Assembly (NCBI RefSeq): GCF_001194135.2
Contig: NC_068993.1
Coordinates: forward strand, 19,738,831-19,802,830
DNA: 64,000 bases
Reading direction: 5' to 3'
Source of the DNA: Octopus bimaculoides
Lineage: Eukaryota
In this document: in pieces, positions 13,911 to 27,849 of the stretch
How the letters are laid out: every line of letters starts with the position of its first letter
Position numbering within the stretch: position 1 is the stretch's first letter
Made by a program: the position numbers and the translations under genes
Notes under the pieces: model-generated
The model's database searches: none
The model's input: the letters and a program-made list of their open reading frames with translations, nothing else
Told to the model about the DNA's origin: nothing

Positions 13911-14899
13911 ACTCCATTTTTCTACAAAAGGCGAAAGGCACATCGTATCTCACTACTTCAGTACATCAGGAGGTGGAAGGCGGTAGAATTAGCACTTCAA
14001 AAATTTAGCGCATAAATGAAACTATGACGAAAGAAGATGCCCTTTTTGCCTACTGATAAGCAAAATACCGTTGGACAGGATCTTGATAGCGTCGACTAGC
14101 CTGATAGCGACGAACAACCGCTGGGGAGGAACAGTGATAGCGACGACCAACCTACACTGCTTGGTGAGTGAGTTTATGACAGTCAAGGCAGGTATAATCT
14201 GCAAAACAAAGGAAAACGACTTATATAGCGGTTTTTAAGGAACTTTCCGACGCGGTGTATTTCCTTTAAGCCTGTGGTAACTGGGAATAGGCACGAGTTG
14301 TTTTGTGTCATCTTTGCCAAAAATTATATGTCCATTATTGCGAAAACTGTGATACAGGGAAATATGCATTTCCACCGCTATTAAAATACTTCAATGTAGG
14401 TCATAGAAGTCGGACTTCTGGGGTGTTGGTCAACGTTGCATTGTAATTGACAACGAATCACATGCGGCTGAGTCGATTAAATACAATCGATTCCTTTGTT
14501 TCCTTTCTAGAGAATATACGTAGTATGTGTATGACTGATAGCTGTAATCGTGATTTTCGGGTCTCCAACGTGACAGTATTCTCCGACACAATATCCCTTT
14601 AAGCGGTACAGTCATTAAGTGATTCAAAATTACATGAGAGAATGGTCATCGCAGAATTCAACGCAAAAAAGTATTTTGCGCAAAAAACAAATATCGCGTA
14701 TGTAAGCATGCTTAAAAGCGATAAGGCAATAAAGAGCTTAGTCATTTACAAATGTTGTTTCTCTGGTTAAATACAAAATATCACTGACCAGTAGAACTAT
14801 TCGACCATTTCTTCATTACCTTCTTATTAGCAAAATCTGATTGACAAAAAAATCTGTAAGGCCTGTATATATATATATAAATCTGTAAGGCCTGTATAT

Positions 14900-14946
<47 letters not shown>

Positions 14947-15986
14947 NNNNNNNNNNNNNNNNNNNNNNNNNNNNNNNNNNNNNNNNNNNNNNNNNNNNNN
15001 NNNNNNNNNNNNNNNNNNNNNNNNNNNNNNNNNNNNNNNNNNNNNNNNNNNNNNNNNNNNNNNNNNNNNNNNNNNNNNNNNNNNNNNNNNNNNNNNNNNN
15101 NNNNNNNNNNNNNNNNNNNNNNNNNNNNNNNNNNNNNNNNNNNNNNNNNNNNNNNNNNNNNNNNNNNNNNNNNNNNNNNNNNNNNNNNNNNNNNNNNNNN
15201 NNNNNNNNNNNNNNNNNNNNNNNNNNNNNNNNNNNNNNNNNNNNNNNNNNNNNNNNNNNNNNNNNNNNNNNNNNNNNNNNNNNNNNNNNNNNNNNNNNNN
15301 NNNNNNNNNNNNNNNNNNNNNNNNNNNNNNNNNNNNNNNNNNNNNNNNNNNNNNNNNNNNNNNNNNNNNNNNNNNNNNNNNNNNNNNNNNNNNNNNNNNN
15401 NNNNNNNNNNNNNNNNNNNNNNNNNNNNNNNNNNNNNNNNNNNNNNNNNNNNNNNNNNNNNNNNNNNNNNNNNNNNNNNNNNNNNNNNNNNNNNNNNNNN
15501 NNNNNNNNNNNNNNNNNNNNNNNNNNNNNNNNNNNNNNNNNNNNNNNNNNNNNNNNNNNNNNNNNNNNNNNNNNNNNNNNNNNNNNNNNNNNNNNNNNNN
15601 NNNNNNNNNNNNNNNNNNNNNNNNNNNNNNNNNNNNNNNNNNNNNNNNNNNNNNNNNNNNNNNNNNNNNNNNNNNNNNNNNNNNNNNNNNNNNNNNNNNN
15701 NNNNNNNNNNNNNNNNNNNNNNNNNNNNNNNNNNNNNNNNNNNNNNNNNNNNNNNNNNNNNNNNNNNNNNNNNNNNNNNNNNNNNNNNNNNNNNNNNNNN
15801 NNNNNNNNNNNNNNNNNNNNNNNNNNNNNNNNNNNNNNNNNNNNNNNNNNNNNNNNNNNNNNNNNNNNNNNNNNNNNNNNNNNNNNNNNNNNNNNNNNNN
15901 NATAGTAATATGGACAAACACACAAACACCCACGCACATATACACGCACAAACACACACATATATACGTAGCTAGCTAGCTAGCTG

Positions 15987-16052
<66 letters not shown>
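15987..16052. repeat. (GATA)n microsatellite
   Basis: Tandem GATA units read directly. Confidence 0.95.
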
Positions 16053-16053
<1 letters not shown>

Positions 16054-18084
16054 GTACTCGCAGAATACTCGATGCTGTCTAAGAAATAAACAGTAAGTTA
16101 TTGGTAAATTTTTAGGGAAGGAATCTTAGCAATTCTACATAAGTTTGTTCATTAAAAAACCTCATGTATGTACTTTCTAGCAAAGATTCACAGATTAAAA
16201 CCGTTGCCTTTCACGAAATATACACAAACCATCTCCAGTTAAGGCTTCAAAGAAAAAAAATTCTTGTTTTTTTTCCACCTTCAACATTCACTCTAATTCT
16301 TTAACACATAATTCTAATGAACTTTAGCGCACAGCTCTGTCACTAATTTAATTGTCAATGGTGTGATGTGATGAAGGTGTCATATAACTGCGCGATACTT
16401 TTAAACAATTAGCATATAATTCAAAGGAGCGAGAGGGAGAATGTTGCAATAAAATCTGTCTATTAAATAAATGTAAAAATGGATAAGTTTGATGTGGCAT
16501 GATGGATTTAATAGTCTGTAAAGAAATAAACGAATGATTGTTAGTAATGTAAATTTTACAATTTTAAATGGAAATATATTTTCAGGTTTAGACGCCTTGA
16601 ATTTTAAAGAACTTGGCTGCCACAAATAAAAACTGCAACACATATAGCACGTGATGATTCTGAAAAGGAAATATCAATTTTGATAGTGAAACCAAGATGG
16701 ACGCCAGTAATAAAAGCAACAATAGACTGATTGTAGAAAATGAAAGACGAGCAAGATTTAGTCGTTTTTTTTTCTTCTTCTAAGACACAATAATTTAAAA
16801 TATAATTCAGACAAAGAGTGTATAAAAAAAACTCAGTAAGTGATGCTGAATTTAAATATATATAGTTCTGTGGATGCTGGTGTTTTTTGTTGTTTTTTTT
16901 TTTACATCCAGGACAAAGAGATTTTGAAACGAAAGCATGGATATGTTTTGAGGTAAAAACGAGATAATTGTGCAGATAATTGGAAGAAATTATGAAAAGG
17001 AACGTCCAGGTTTTGACACAGAATAATGAGCATTTTAAAACTGTATTTAAAAACTGAATAAATATACCAGCAGTTGGAGTAGACCCAAACAAAGATCATA
17101 GAAACTTCAGTCGAGATGTTGTATACCCGATTAGTGTGATTCTGGAAGTATGCAATCTTTTCTATCGTTTGAATCAGCTATAAACCTACTCACAAATACA
17201 CACACACACACATATATATATATGTATATACATACATACATACATATATATATATATATNNNNNNNNNNNNNNNNNNNNNNNNNNNNNNNNNNNNNNNNN
17301 NNNNNNNNNNNNNNNNNNNNNNNNNNNNNNNNNNNNNNNNNNNNNNNNNNNNNNNNNNNNNNNNNNNNNNNNNNNNNNNNNNNNNNNNNNNNNNNNNNNC
17401 CCTCTCACCTCGATCTGCAGCACGAACGTATCCGGATTCAGGGTTATTTCCCTTCGTCGGCGCCCGATAGCTGCTGACCTTGGCGAGAGAGACAAAAACC
17501 TGGCAATCTTATATCTTCTTTTCCAGTGAAATTCTTCACTGATATCGAAAAGGTGAAAACAAGCAATGTTAATTCTCTAAATGAAGTATTAACAGTAACT
17601 GCACGATAAAGTGTAGTATATTGCCACTTAAGTGTGGCTGACCCCTAGGGGTGGATGTTACTGTTGCTTTTAGCCCCAGGAGGACATCTCCTCCAGCTGG
17701 CTTATCGACACACGACTGTGTCCTGTTTGCCAATACACATATATCGTCAATAATTCGTATATCCGAATAAGAAGCATACTGCAAAACATTAAGCCAGTAA
17801 TGTATTTTTTAGGAAGTTAAAAGCTATGGCTGGTCATAGAGTGACCCTTGGTTTCGTCAGATTCAAATCGCTGAAGGTGCATAACCTCTCTAGAGCCGGA
17901 GGAAGAAATACGTAACGGTCTGTTGGCTTTATGAACAAAAACTAATTGTCCGTGCTGCGGGACGGGGTTAGCGTGAGGGGTCATACCCCTTACATCGGCT
18001 CCGATTATAGTGATTTTCGAAGGAACTGTGATGGGACTATTCAACGAATGGGGAATTCCAAGTTTCAAGTATGAAACGATTTAG

Positions 18085-18300
18085 ATCTAGGCATTGACTG
18101 AATATCTCTTTCTTAGTGTTTAAAAAGGCCCCTGACTCGAACGAGTTTTCTAGGATTCAAGGAGCTTCTATGATTCAAGGAGCTTCCACTTAATTATATT
18201 GGGATTCCTTCCTCTTTTAAGTGCAATACGTGGTTGGCCAGGGACGTGATGTTGCAACATTTCTCCCTAAACATGAAACCAACGGTATTTTTAACCACCT
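18085..18300 (-). mobile_element. Decayed PLE GIY-YIG endonuclease C-terminal fragment
   Basis: TSLANHVLHLKEEG, IKWKLL and LNTKKEIFSQC resemble the PLE pattern T.LS.H+W.LK..G...IKW.I...LNKR.E+FSKC. Confidence 0.5.
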
Positions 18301-19399
18301 TCCCCACTGAAAACATTTTATATATATACGCGTTTATTTTATACCTGCAGATATATGTCTGGATTGTAATTGTGCTCGATTTCTAAACATGCTGGCTTTT
18401 TATGATCTCTAACAGTTGCATATTTGTATAGATTATGCATACTTTGGTGTGTTGTGATAAAAAAAAATAAATGATTGTTAGAAAAGTTGATGAATGTAAA
18501 GATTATCTTTTATTAATCAAAGTCTAAAGAGAATCCAAAAACGTTTTAAAACAATTGAACATGTAGCGGAGCTGTTTTACCATTAAGATTGCTGTTGAAT
18601 GGGTGAATATAAGTAGTGAAAATTCCAAAGAGATTTCATCCTTTCATGTGTAGTTAATTTCCATCGACCTGATCGATTACCGGATCTATGGATTTTAATA
18701 TTGCTGGAGAATATGTGATATTATGTGCCAGTCATAATTATAACTATGGACGTATTAGTCTTTATTGAAAAGCTGTTTGTACACACAATCGAGCATGAAT
18801 TCGCATGCATACGGGAATAAAGCACATACTTACATGTGCGTAAGTATGTGTGTGTGTGCGTGTATGTTTGTGTGTGTGCGCGCGTGTGTGTGTGTGTGTG
18901 TGTGAGAGTATGTCTGTGCTTGTGTGTGTTTCATTTAATTTAGATATTTATCTCACACAGGACACGGAGTACTTCTTTGTTGATCCTACCTATAAAGAAA
19001 TATTAAACTATATATGTGGGTGTGTGTTTACATGCATACATATATATCATATATATCTATGTATATGTATATATATATATATATATATATNNNNNNNNNN
19101 NNNNNNNNNNNNNNNNNNNNNNNNNNNNNNNNNNNNNNNNNNTTTCTAAAAGGTAGTTAAAATATAGAATGGGGATATTGTTTCGTTTAGATGACAGAAC
19201 AGTGATTAATCTGTCGGCAGAGAGAACGTGTAAACGCGAAACTTAAGTGACAGTCGGCCTCCAGCTTTAGACGAATGTTTGTAAGTATGTATGTATGTAT
19301 GTATGTCATTGTTCAGTTTTATTTCAAGATTTCTTGAAATCTACAAAATTAAAAATATTGCATTTCTAAACCCTCAGAGAGAGTTATGCAGTAGCAGCA

Positions 19400-19740
19400 C
19401 GATAAAGTGATGGCTTGTTGCCAACTTAATATGGAAAAGGAAGAATGCTATTTCTTTTTAGCACGAAGAAACATATGTATGCCAGAATCACCAACCTACT
19501 ACATCTACACATTCAAAGAAGTCTACCAACAGCCCTTCAACAACATCACACTCTGATAAGCTCATTGACTACTACTAATTTCAGGCCACGACAGACAGAA
19601 GGGATGTTCTTGAAGCCTACGATTTTAACTTACAGAGACAATATTTACATAACGCCTACAACTAGATCACATAATGCAAGGAAAACTTGCATAAGAAAAT
19701 ACCTGCACTCCTGGAGAACTACGTTGCGTGGAAACAATTG
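19400..19740 (+). mobile_element. Highly decayed R4/Dong-like LINE RT fragment
   Basis: YARITNLLHL, DRQKGC and HNARKTCIRKYLHSW resemble YRPITCL, EQKGC and ENAK..KKNL..AW. Confidence 0.4.
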
Positions 19741-19959
19741 TAGTGATTAAAAAATAAATGTCCAACCATACCCCATCTTGTTAACTCCATTTGTTTTGTC
19801 AGTTATATATTTCACATACGACAGATGCCCAAACGCAAACGGGGACGTACTACGAGATAGCGCAGGGTGAAATTTGAAGGTGGACGACCTTTATATTGTA
19901 TTCTACTACGTTCTTAACAGAATATACCATAGCACACACACACACACACAGCACACATG

Positions 19960-20045
<86 letters not shown>

Positions 20046-20383
20046 CATACATATATATACATATATATATATATATATACATTATATTGTTATATTTGGG
20101 GTCGCTCATATTTTGCTGCCAATTAACTTCAAGCACTTTATACTCGTTGTTCACTTCAGCTTCATTATTATTCTTATTTTAGTGTCCTTTGTCTGAAATA
20201 TTTCCTCACACACCGTTTGACCTCTTCAGCGATTGTCCTGCCCGCTTGTCTCCTGTTCTATTTAGTCCATTCTGTCTTTCTGTAGCATGTATCCTTATCT
20301 TCGCAAGCATTTGCGTCTGCATCTGTGCGTTTGTGTACGCGTGCGTACGCATGTGTGAGTGTGTGCGTATGTGTGTGTATGTA

Positions 20384-20429
<46 letters not shown>

Positions 20430-20629
20430 TGCCTATGTGTTTACTATGTGTGTTATATGTGTGTATATGGGTTTGCTTACTACACTGCTTTTAGCCGTAT
20501 CTTTTATTTAGTTATTTTTTATTCGTTCATGTACTTATTTATTTTTTCCTTCCGTCTTTAGTATGTGTATGTGCGCCTTGTGTTCGTGTGTGTGGGTGCG
20601 CATGTGTACGTATATGTGTGAGGGCGTGA

Positions 20630-20682
<53 letters not shown>

Positions 20683-20699
20683 TGATTATGCATTAAGCT

Positions 20700-20900
20700 G
20701 CCTCCTTGTTTTAATTGGGCATATTGGCAGAATACTAACGACCTTCTCCTTCTTGAGCACCCGCCAGTGTTCACCTATTCTCTCACCAGTGCTACATACT
20801 GTCTCCTCAATGTATATTGCTGTCCTGCTTCTGTACCGCCCTAAGTACACAGTATACTATAGACAACATACTGTGCAGTTGTTATCCGTGTATGGGGCCT
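20700..20900 (-). mobile_element. PLE GIY-YIG endonuclease fragment
   Basis: Minus strand gives VVYSILCT and AIYIEETVCSTGERIGEHW, matching the VVY.I.C...YIGET.R....R..EH motif. Confidence 0.55.
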
Positions 20901-21679
20901 TATAAATGGATATTTTCAACAACTCAGGAGTTTTATTGAGGTTGCTGGCTTTTCTACTATTTTAATCCGTAGATTCATCTTATCTAAGATTTTCTTAAGG
21001 AAGTATATATATATGTGTTCGCGCGCGCGTATCCATAAATATATTCTACTGTTTCATTAATAGTAAGACCAACAAAATGAACTTCATCCAATGGAATGAA
21101 TATCATTTTTTATGTTCACAGTATGTAAATTCTGAGCATCTAATTGTTTCATGATGTTGAGGCACAATGGCAAGACAGTTTTATTTATCATGTCTTCTGT
21201 CTGCAAGCACTCCTTCATGATCCTACAAATAATACTATCCACTGGCTGGTATTATTTGACTTGTATGATTGAACGCCACGCATCCATTTCCAAGTAAGTT
21301 TATCTCAATAATTTCGATGAGACTCTATCTTGCACTGTTCTCGTTCCCTCTCCCCTTCGTTTCCTCTCTTTTCCTTTCTCTAATTCCTTTTATCTCCCCT
21401 TCTCCTCCTTTCGTTTTTTTTTCTCTCATCTTTTCTTTAATTCTTTTCCTCTCCCCCTTCGCCGTTTTCTATCTGTCTCTCTCTCTCTCTCTTTCTCACT
21501 CTCCCTCCTTTACTCTCGCGTTGCTCACACGTGACCATCGGCCATATTTCTTTTCCTAACTTGAGCTTCTTTCTTTCCTTTCGATCTGCCACACAGACCA
21601 GACGCATTCTTGTCCGTCTCCTCTCCTATCTTTTCTCCTGTCAAAACGTGTTCCTCCAGCGTCCGCCATCGGACCTCAT

Positions 21680-22128
21680 TATGGCTTGGCAACCCTCACT
21701 GTTTGTTTTCACTGTTTGTTTTTTATCGCTTGATCTTTGGCCGCTACCATTAGGCTCTGTATTTCTTTTTAATTACCCATTTTTTAAACCAAACCCAGGA
21801 TTTTGTTCCACATACATCTTCAGTGGATCTCCACACTTGGCCATGGAAAGGTTTCCCTTCGATCTGTCTGACGTACTCTCTTTGTATTTCATTCTTGTCC
21901 TTTTTTCATATTACGTGCTTCATCACATGTTCTTTATTCACTGTCTTTAGTAGTTTCTCTATGCTGCTCTGTAAGTACTCTACTAGGCTTTTTCTTTTCA
22001 TCCGTACACATTCTTCTACTGTTCTTAAACCTCTTCCACCCTGGTTTCTCCTCAAGTATAGTCAGCCAACATCAGCTTTCGGATGGTGGGCTCTATACAT
22101 TGTCAACAACTTTCTAGTTTTTCTGTCA
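21680..22128 (-). mobile_element. R4/Dong-like (RLE clade) LINE ORF fragment
   Basis: KTRKLLTMYRAHHPKADV.RLYLRRNQGGRGLRTVEECV, EGKPFHGQVWR and SLMVAAKDQAIK are motifs typical of R4/Dong ORFs downstream of the RT. Confidence 0.7.
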
Positions 22129-22152
22129 GGTATTATTATTATCATTATTATC

Positions 22153-22370
22153 AAGGCGGCGAGCTAGCAGGATTGTTTAGCACGCCGGGCGAAATGCTTA
22201 GCTGTATTTCGTTTGCCGCTACGTTCTGAGTTCAAATTCCGCCGAGTTCGACTTTACCGTTCATCCTTTCGGGGTTGATAAATCAAGTACCAGTTGGGTT
22301 CTGGGATCGATATGATTGACTGTCCCCCTCCCCACATAATCAGAGCCTTGTGCCTCTAGTAGAAAGGATT

Positions 22371-22416
<46 letters not shown>
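22153..22416 (+). mobile_element. tRNA-derived SINE family A with (ATC)n tail
   Basis: AAGGCGGCGAGCTAGCAGGATTGTTTAGCACGCCGGGCGAAATGCTTAG...GAGTTCAAATTCCGCC...GTAGAAAGG-(ATC)n; homologous to 43684, 47083 and 47317. Confidence 0.85.
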
Positions 22417-22417
<1 letters not shown>

Positions 22418-22852
22418 GCAAGCAATGGATAAAATAAAGTACCTGCCAATTACTGGAAACTGCAATGGCGACCGCACGTGAAATTGAAACAACCATTATT
22501 ATTATTTTTACTTCAGGTAAGTCATGTGTGCTGTCTAAAACTGTTCCATATTCACCCGATTTGAGATTTATTCACACCGTTTATTGTGCATTTGAGGTTG
22601 CGGAGCAACCTATCAAGAGATAGGCCTGCAGAAACTCCGTTTCATTATCTGATCCATTTTCAAGGACAAATTTGAGTTCATATTTATCTATTTAGACATC
22701 TATTTGATATATATTTATGAGTATTTTTTAATATACTGGATGTAACTAGAGGGTTTACTGCATTTTTTCATGTTTTATTATTCATTGTGTATTATACATG
22801 TATGTATACACACACTCACACACATATATATATATATGCATATATGTGTGTG

Positions 22853-22904
<52 letters not shown>

Positions 22905-24599
22905 GCATACATACATACATACGTACATATACATTATATTATATTATATTATATTATATTATATTATATATGGGATCGGATTTCTATTAGTGCTGGGATA
23001 ACTTAAATTATGATGCTTTTGATATTGATGCCAAAGTAGAATTTTCTTCTTTTTGTTTCGAATATGGGATCAAAGCATGAAGGTCTCAATGTCAGAATTT
23101 TATATAATTTTTGGTAATTGATTTGCTATTTCGGGTCCCTAATGCCTACATTTCAGGGAATTAATATTTTCCCCTTTCTAGCAAGAAGTAAGGTTTCGAT
23201 ATTGATTTTATTTTAGTAAAATATTGAACGCTGTTGCTATCACGTTATGCGTACTTGTTGCATATTCAAAGTCGTGATACTTCGGCTAAATTCATTTAAT
23301 ATGCTACATCAAGCTTGCGGTTTTATTGTCCGCTTTCCTTTTATTATCCATTGTGTACTTTTATTGTATTGCATACGCACGTGCACACGCCTACATACAT
23401 ACATGCATATTGTGACGGTGGAACTTGAATTAGAAAAAGCTACCAATGATAATAATAGCGCATAGATACTGGATTGAAATCCTGGGAGATAGAACAAGTC
23501 GAAAGCTGTCCGTAGGATTAATGACGTAAACATAATCATATATATATGTGTGTGTGAGTGTGTGTGTGTGTGTGTATGTGTGTGTGTGTGCGTGTGTGTG
23601 TGCGTGCGGGGGTATATATTTATACACGTATTCATGTACATACCCATATACTGGATACTTATATGGATGTATACATATCTCATATATGGATATATATATA
23701 TGGATATATGAATTTCCTAATAAGACTGGATTATTTTTATTGGTATTCGCGTAATTTAGACTGTGAGGTTTTCTCATGATGCTACAGCAGAATTTAACTC
23801 TTTGATTTTCAAATACAGGATCAAAGCATTTGTCTTGTATATTTTGGCTGGACTATATTTTTGACCTTTCCCCGTGTTTCTAACCCGATTCCCTATTAAT
23901 ATTCTATTTTCTTAATATTATATTCTATATTAGTCTTACTTTGCTTTCGTAATACTCTCTTTCTCTTTTATTTTGCCGAGTAAGAATTGGTTTATTTCAT
24001 GTGTTTTGTCTATCTACATTGCATGGTTTTGTGCTTCTGTGTTTCTGGTGCGCTTGAGAAAAATTACTTTACTCCATTAGGATTGAATCCATTTTAACTT
24101 CATACTACTATGAAGCAAATACTGCTTGTGTTTGCTTCCATGGAAATAATTTCTTTGAGAGTCCGATGTATTTCGTTATTATCTTTTTTTTCCACTGTGT
24201 TTCTTTATTCAACGTCTCAGAATGCATTTCTGTTATTAAATGTTAATTGATTTTGTTAAGGTCAGTTATGATTTACTCGTGTTTTTGTTTTTTTGGATTT
24301 TCCTCGTTGAATTTGCATATTCGGTTTTTTGTTGTTGTTGTCGTTGCTATTTTCTCCCTCGGCGTTACTTGTGCAAACATGTGACCAAAGGCATTCTGTC
24401 TGTGACCATCTTATCTTTTAGGAGTATGCAGCACGTTTTTAGTCAATGTAACCATTGAATAAAAAAAATATGATTTCAGGAGATCTTTAGCAGTTTGATC
24501 GATCATGAAGTAATTCTTTTTTTCCGTCTCGTTATTGATTCTGTTGTTTTACATAGGATAAAGAGCATGTATTTGTTGCGACTGGGTATTTGAACGGTT

Positions 24600-25020
24600 G
24601 CTTCTGGGGAGACTTGTTGACGTCAGGTTTTGTTGCATTTTTACCAGCTCATTACGTTCTGACTTCAAATTACCCCTTGGTTGAATTTACTTTTCATCCT
24701 TTCGGAATCGCTACGTTCCTGTCATGTACTGGGGTAGATGTAATAATTTGCCCTTTACATCAAAATGTCTGACCTTGTGCCAAAATTAGAAAGAATTATT
24801 GTCAGTTTTAATAAGGTGGGTTGGTTGAATCGTTAGCGCGTCTAACAAAATGCTGAGCGACATATCTTCTAGCTTATTCCGTTCCGGGGTCAAATTCGTC
24901 GAAGTCGACTTTGCAGAGACGATAACATAAGAACTAGTTAAGTACTTGGGTCGTTGCAATCGACTAACCGTTCTCTTCAAAATTGTTGGTCTTGTACCAA
25001 AATTAGAAAGAATTATTATC
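24600..25020 (+). mobile_element. Two degenerate tandem SINE-A-related copies
   Basis: Both end in CTTGT(G/A)CCAAAATTAGAAAGAATTATT; the second starts AAGGTGGGTTGGTTGAATCGTTAGCGCG. Confidence 0.6.
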
Positions 25021-26009
25021 TTCTGTTCATCAGACTTTTACCGGTATCTAGTGTATTGTAATGACTTGTCTTTTTCAAATGAGAACAGTTTTGTTTCGTT
25101 TTATGTTTTATGTTTTGAGAGTTTATTACGCATATTTGCGATATTTTCTCTTGGGCTTTGTTACTGCTGAGTTTGTTCTTCATATATTAATGGTTTATGG
25201 AACCGAATTCTTGTTGTTTGTAAATATTAGTTGGTATTTTGCTCATTTTCTATTTCTGCTGATAACATATTTTTACTGTTAATTACACACTTAACTATAT
25301 TTGTTTCCACTACAGTTCAGTCATGTTCTTCTTTTCTTCCCCCAGATCTCAAACGCTTTATTTTTTTAACCATTTACTATGGTTGTGTGAGCTAGATATA
25401 ACGTAAGTGATAGTAAGTGTTTAACTCTTCGAGGTATTGTTCTTTAGTGCATCGTGTCTTAGAAGTTTTAATTTAATTTTAATAGACACTTACTATGTTA
25501 AACGAAACATATTTTTTTATTATTTCACTTTAATTTGTTTTTATTTTATTTATTCATTTAGTCTTTGTCGAGGGTTAATCTAGTGAAAGGATGCTGGGTT
25601 TTATGCTGATGTAACACGCGCCTTGTTGTTTGGCAGTATTAGATTTACACTTTTGTGTTTCTCAAATGCTTTGGGCCAGCAGGTATTTTTTATTGCAGAC
25701 TATTTTGTTGTTCAGGTTTACAGTTATATATAACATTGGTTTGCTTTGAAGTTCGTTCACTGTTTTACTTGTGCTCTGTTAGTATTTGTTACTGTTGTTC
25801 TTGTTTAACTCCGAGCCAACTTTTCTGACGAAGATCTGTGATCAAATATGTTGTAGTCATGACGACGCCGACTAGGATTCTTTTTTTCAGACTGCGTACC
25901 TCAGGCTACAATATCCACTGTTTTCTATCTTATTTTTTCAATATTGAATTAATTGTTTTGCTTCAAAAATTTGGGCCACCAAGTTAAATATTTACTTAGA
26001 TTATTCTTC

Positions 26010-26383
26010 CTACTGTTTGTTGCGGGTCTCCGAAAACGTTCATCAATATCAACATTTGTTCGGCCATCTTGGAAACGTTTGAACCACTCGTACACTTGTG
26101 TGCAACTCATACATTCCTCTCCATACACTTTCTGCAACTTCGTGTAGGCCTCTGAGCAGGTATCGCCATGACAACTTTCTCTGTCATAGTCATTGTGACG
26201 ATCACATGCTACACACGTTCCTTCCAAGCACTGTTGTAAACAACGGAAGAGACCTAGAATGTTAAAACGTTGTGCACATGCACAGCAGAGTTCAAGGTTA
26301 ATTTTTGCCAAGCGGCTTCACTCTGCGTGTTTTAGCTTTGTTACTATGGCAACAGTCCGGATACTTATTGAACAGATCTCGTA
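26010..26383 (-). mobile_element. Mariner transposon 5' fragment (TIR plus HTH domain)
   Basis: TIR TA-CGAGATCTGTTCAATAAGTATCCGGACT at 26354-26383; peptide SEAYTKLQKVYGEECMSCTQVYEWFKRFQDGRTNVDIDER (mariner N-terminal HTH). Confidence 0.8.
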
Positions 26384-26406
26384 TATATATACATACATAA
26401 CGTTTA

Positions 26407-26494
<88 letters not shown>

Positions 26495-26495
<1 letters not shown>

Positions 26496-27066
26496 GAGAA
26501 TTCACAGTCTGACATTCTCTGGGATTGCAATCCCTCCAGATCTACTGTATTTAATTAGGATTGCATTTAGTTTTGCATGCTCATAGCATAGGGCTTGAAA
26601 CTTTTTAGCATGAAACGGCTTGCTGTTCTTCTTAGCCCACTTGTATATTTCATCTAACTCATCTTGCAGGTGCATAGAGCCTTCAGGGTTCTGTATCATC
26701 AGTGAGACTGTTGTATCATCTGCATAGCTTCTGAATGTGGCCCTCTGTGTGGCTGGGAGCATATTTGAGACGGTCATTATTAACACTAGTGATCCCAGAA
26801 CAGTGCCTTTCGGAACACCACTCACTATTTGCGTGTCATTTGAGGTGGCCCCATTGGCTACTACTACTTGACTTCTATCTTTCAGAAAGTCATGCAGCCG
26901 CTATCCCAATTTCCCGACTATGTTGAGATCGCGCAGTTTGTGAAATATCATTCCATGATCGACTTTATCGAAAGCTTTTGCCAAGTCGAGATACATCACA
27001 TCCACATTTGAGTATTTGAGTCATAGTGTTGTAAGAGCTGAGTCAGGCAGTTTCTTCCTGGTCAGA
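26495..27066 (-). mobile_element. CR1/Jockey-group LINE reverse transcriptase fragment
   Basis: GRNCLTQLLQHYD, NVDVMYLDLAKAFDKVDHG, SGVPKGTVL, SYADDT and LQDELDEIYKWA; stops and frameshifts present. Confidence 0.85.
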
Positions 27067-27166
27067 AAAAAATATATATGGACATATCCATACATACATG
27101 CACGCATTTGCCTACTCATATATGCATACAAACATACATACATGCATACACACATACATATATAAC

Positions 27167-27197
<31 letters not shown>

Positions 27198-27814
27198 NNN
27201 NNNNNNNNNNNNNNNNNNNNNNNNNNNNNNNNNNNNNNNNNNNNNNNNNNNNNNNNNNNNNNNNNNNNNNNNNNNNNNNNNNNNNNNNNNNNNNNNNNNN
27301 NNNNNNNNNNNNNNNNNNNNNNNNNNNNNNNNNNNNNNNNNNNNNNNNNNNNNNNNNNNNNNNNNNNNNNNNNNNNNNNNNNNNNNNNNNNNNNNNNNNN
27401 NNNNNNNNNNNNNNNNNNNNNNNNNNNNNNNNNNNNNNNNNNNNNNNNNNNNNNNNNNNNNNNNNNNNNNNNNNNNNNNNNNNNNNNNNNNNNNNNNNNN
27501 NNNNNNNNNNNNNNNNNNNNNNNNNNNNNNNNNNNNNNNNNNNNNNNNNNNNNNNNNNNNNNNNNNNNNNNNNNNNNNNNNNNNNNNNNNNNNNNNNNNN
27601 NNNNNNNNNNNNNNNNNNNNNNNNNNNNNNNNNNNNNNNNNNNNNNNNNNNNNNNNNNNNNNNNNNNNNNNNNNNNNNNNNNNNNNNNNNNNNNNNNNNN
27701 NNNNNNNNNNNNNNNNNNNNNNNNNNNNNNNNNNNNNNNNNNNNNNNNNNNNNNNNNNNNNNNNNNNNNNNNNNNNNNNNNNNNNNNNNNNNNNNNNNNN
27801 NNNNNNNNNNNNNN

Positions 27815-27849
<35 letters not shown>

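Noticed and set aside
25820-25860. CTGACGAAGATCTGTGATCAAAT as a hammerhead
   Set aside because: Lacks GAAA and stem I; resembles a degenerate dispersed-repeat segment also seen near 47825-47860.
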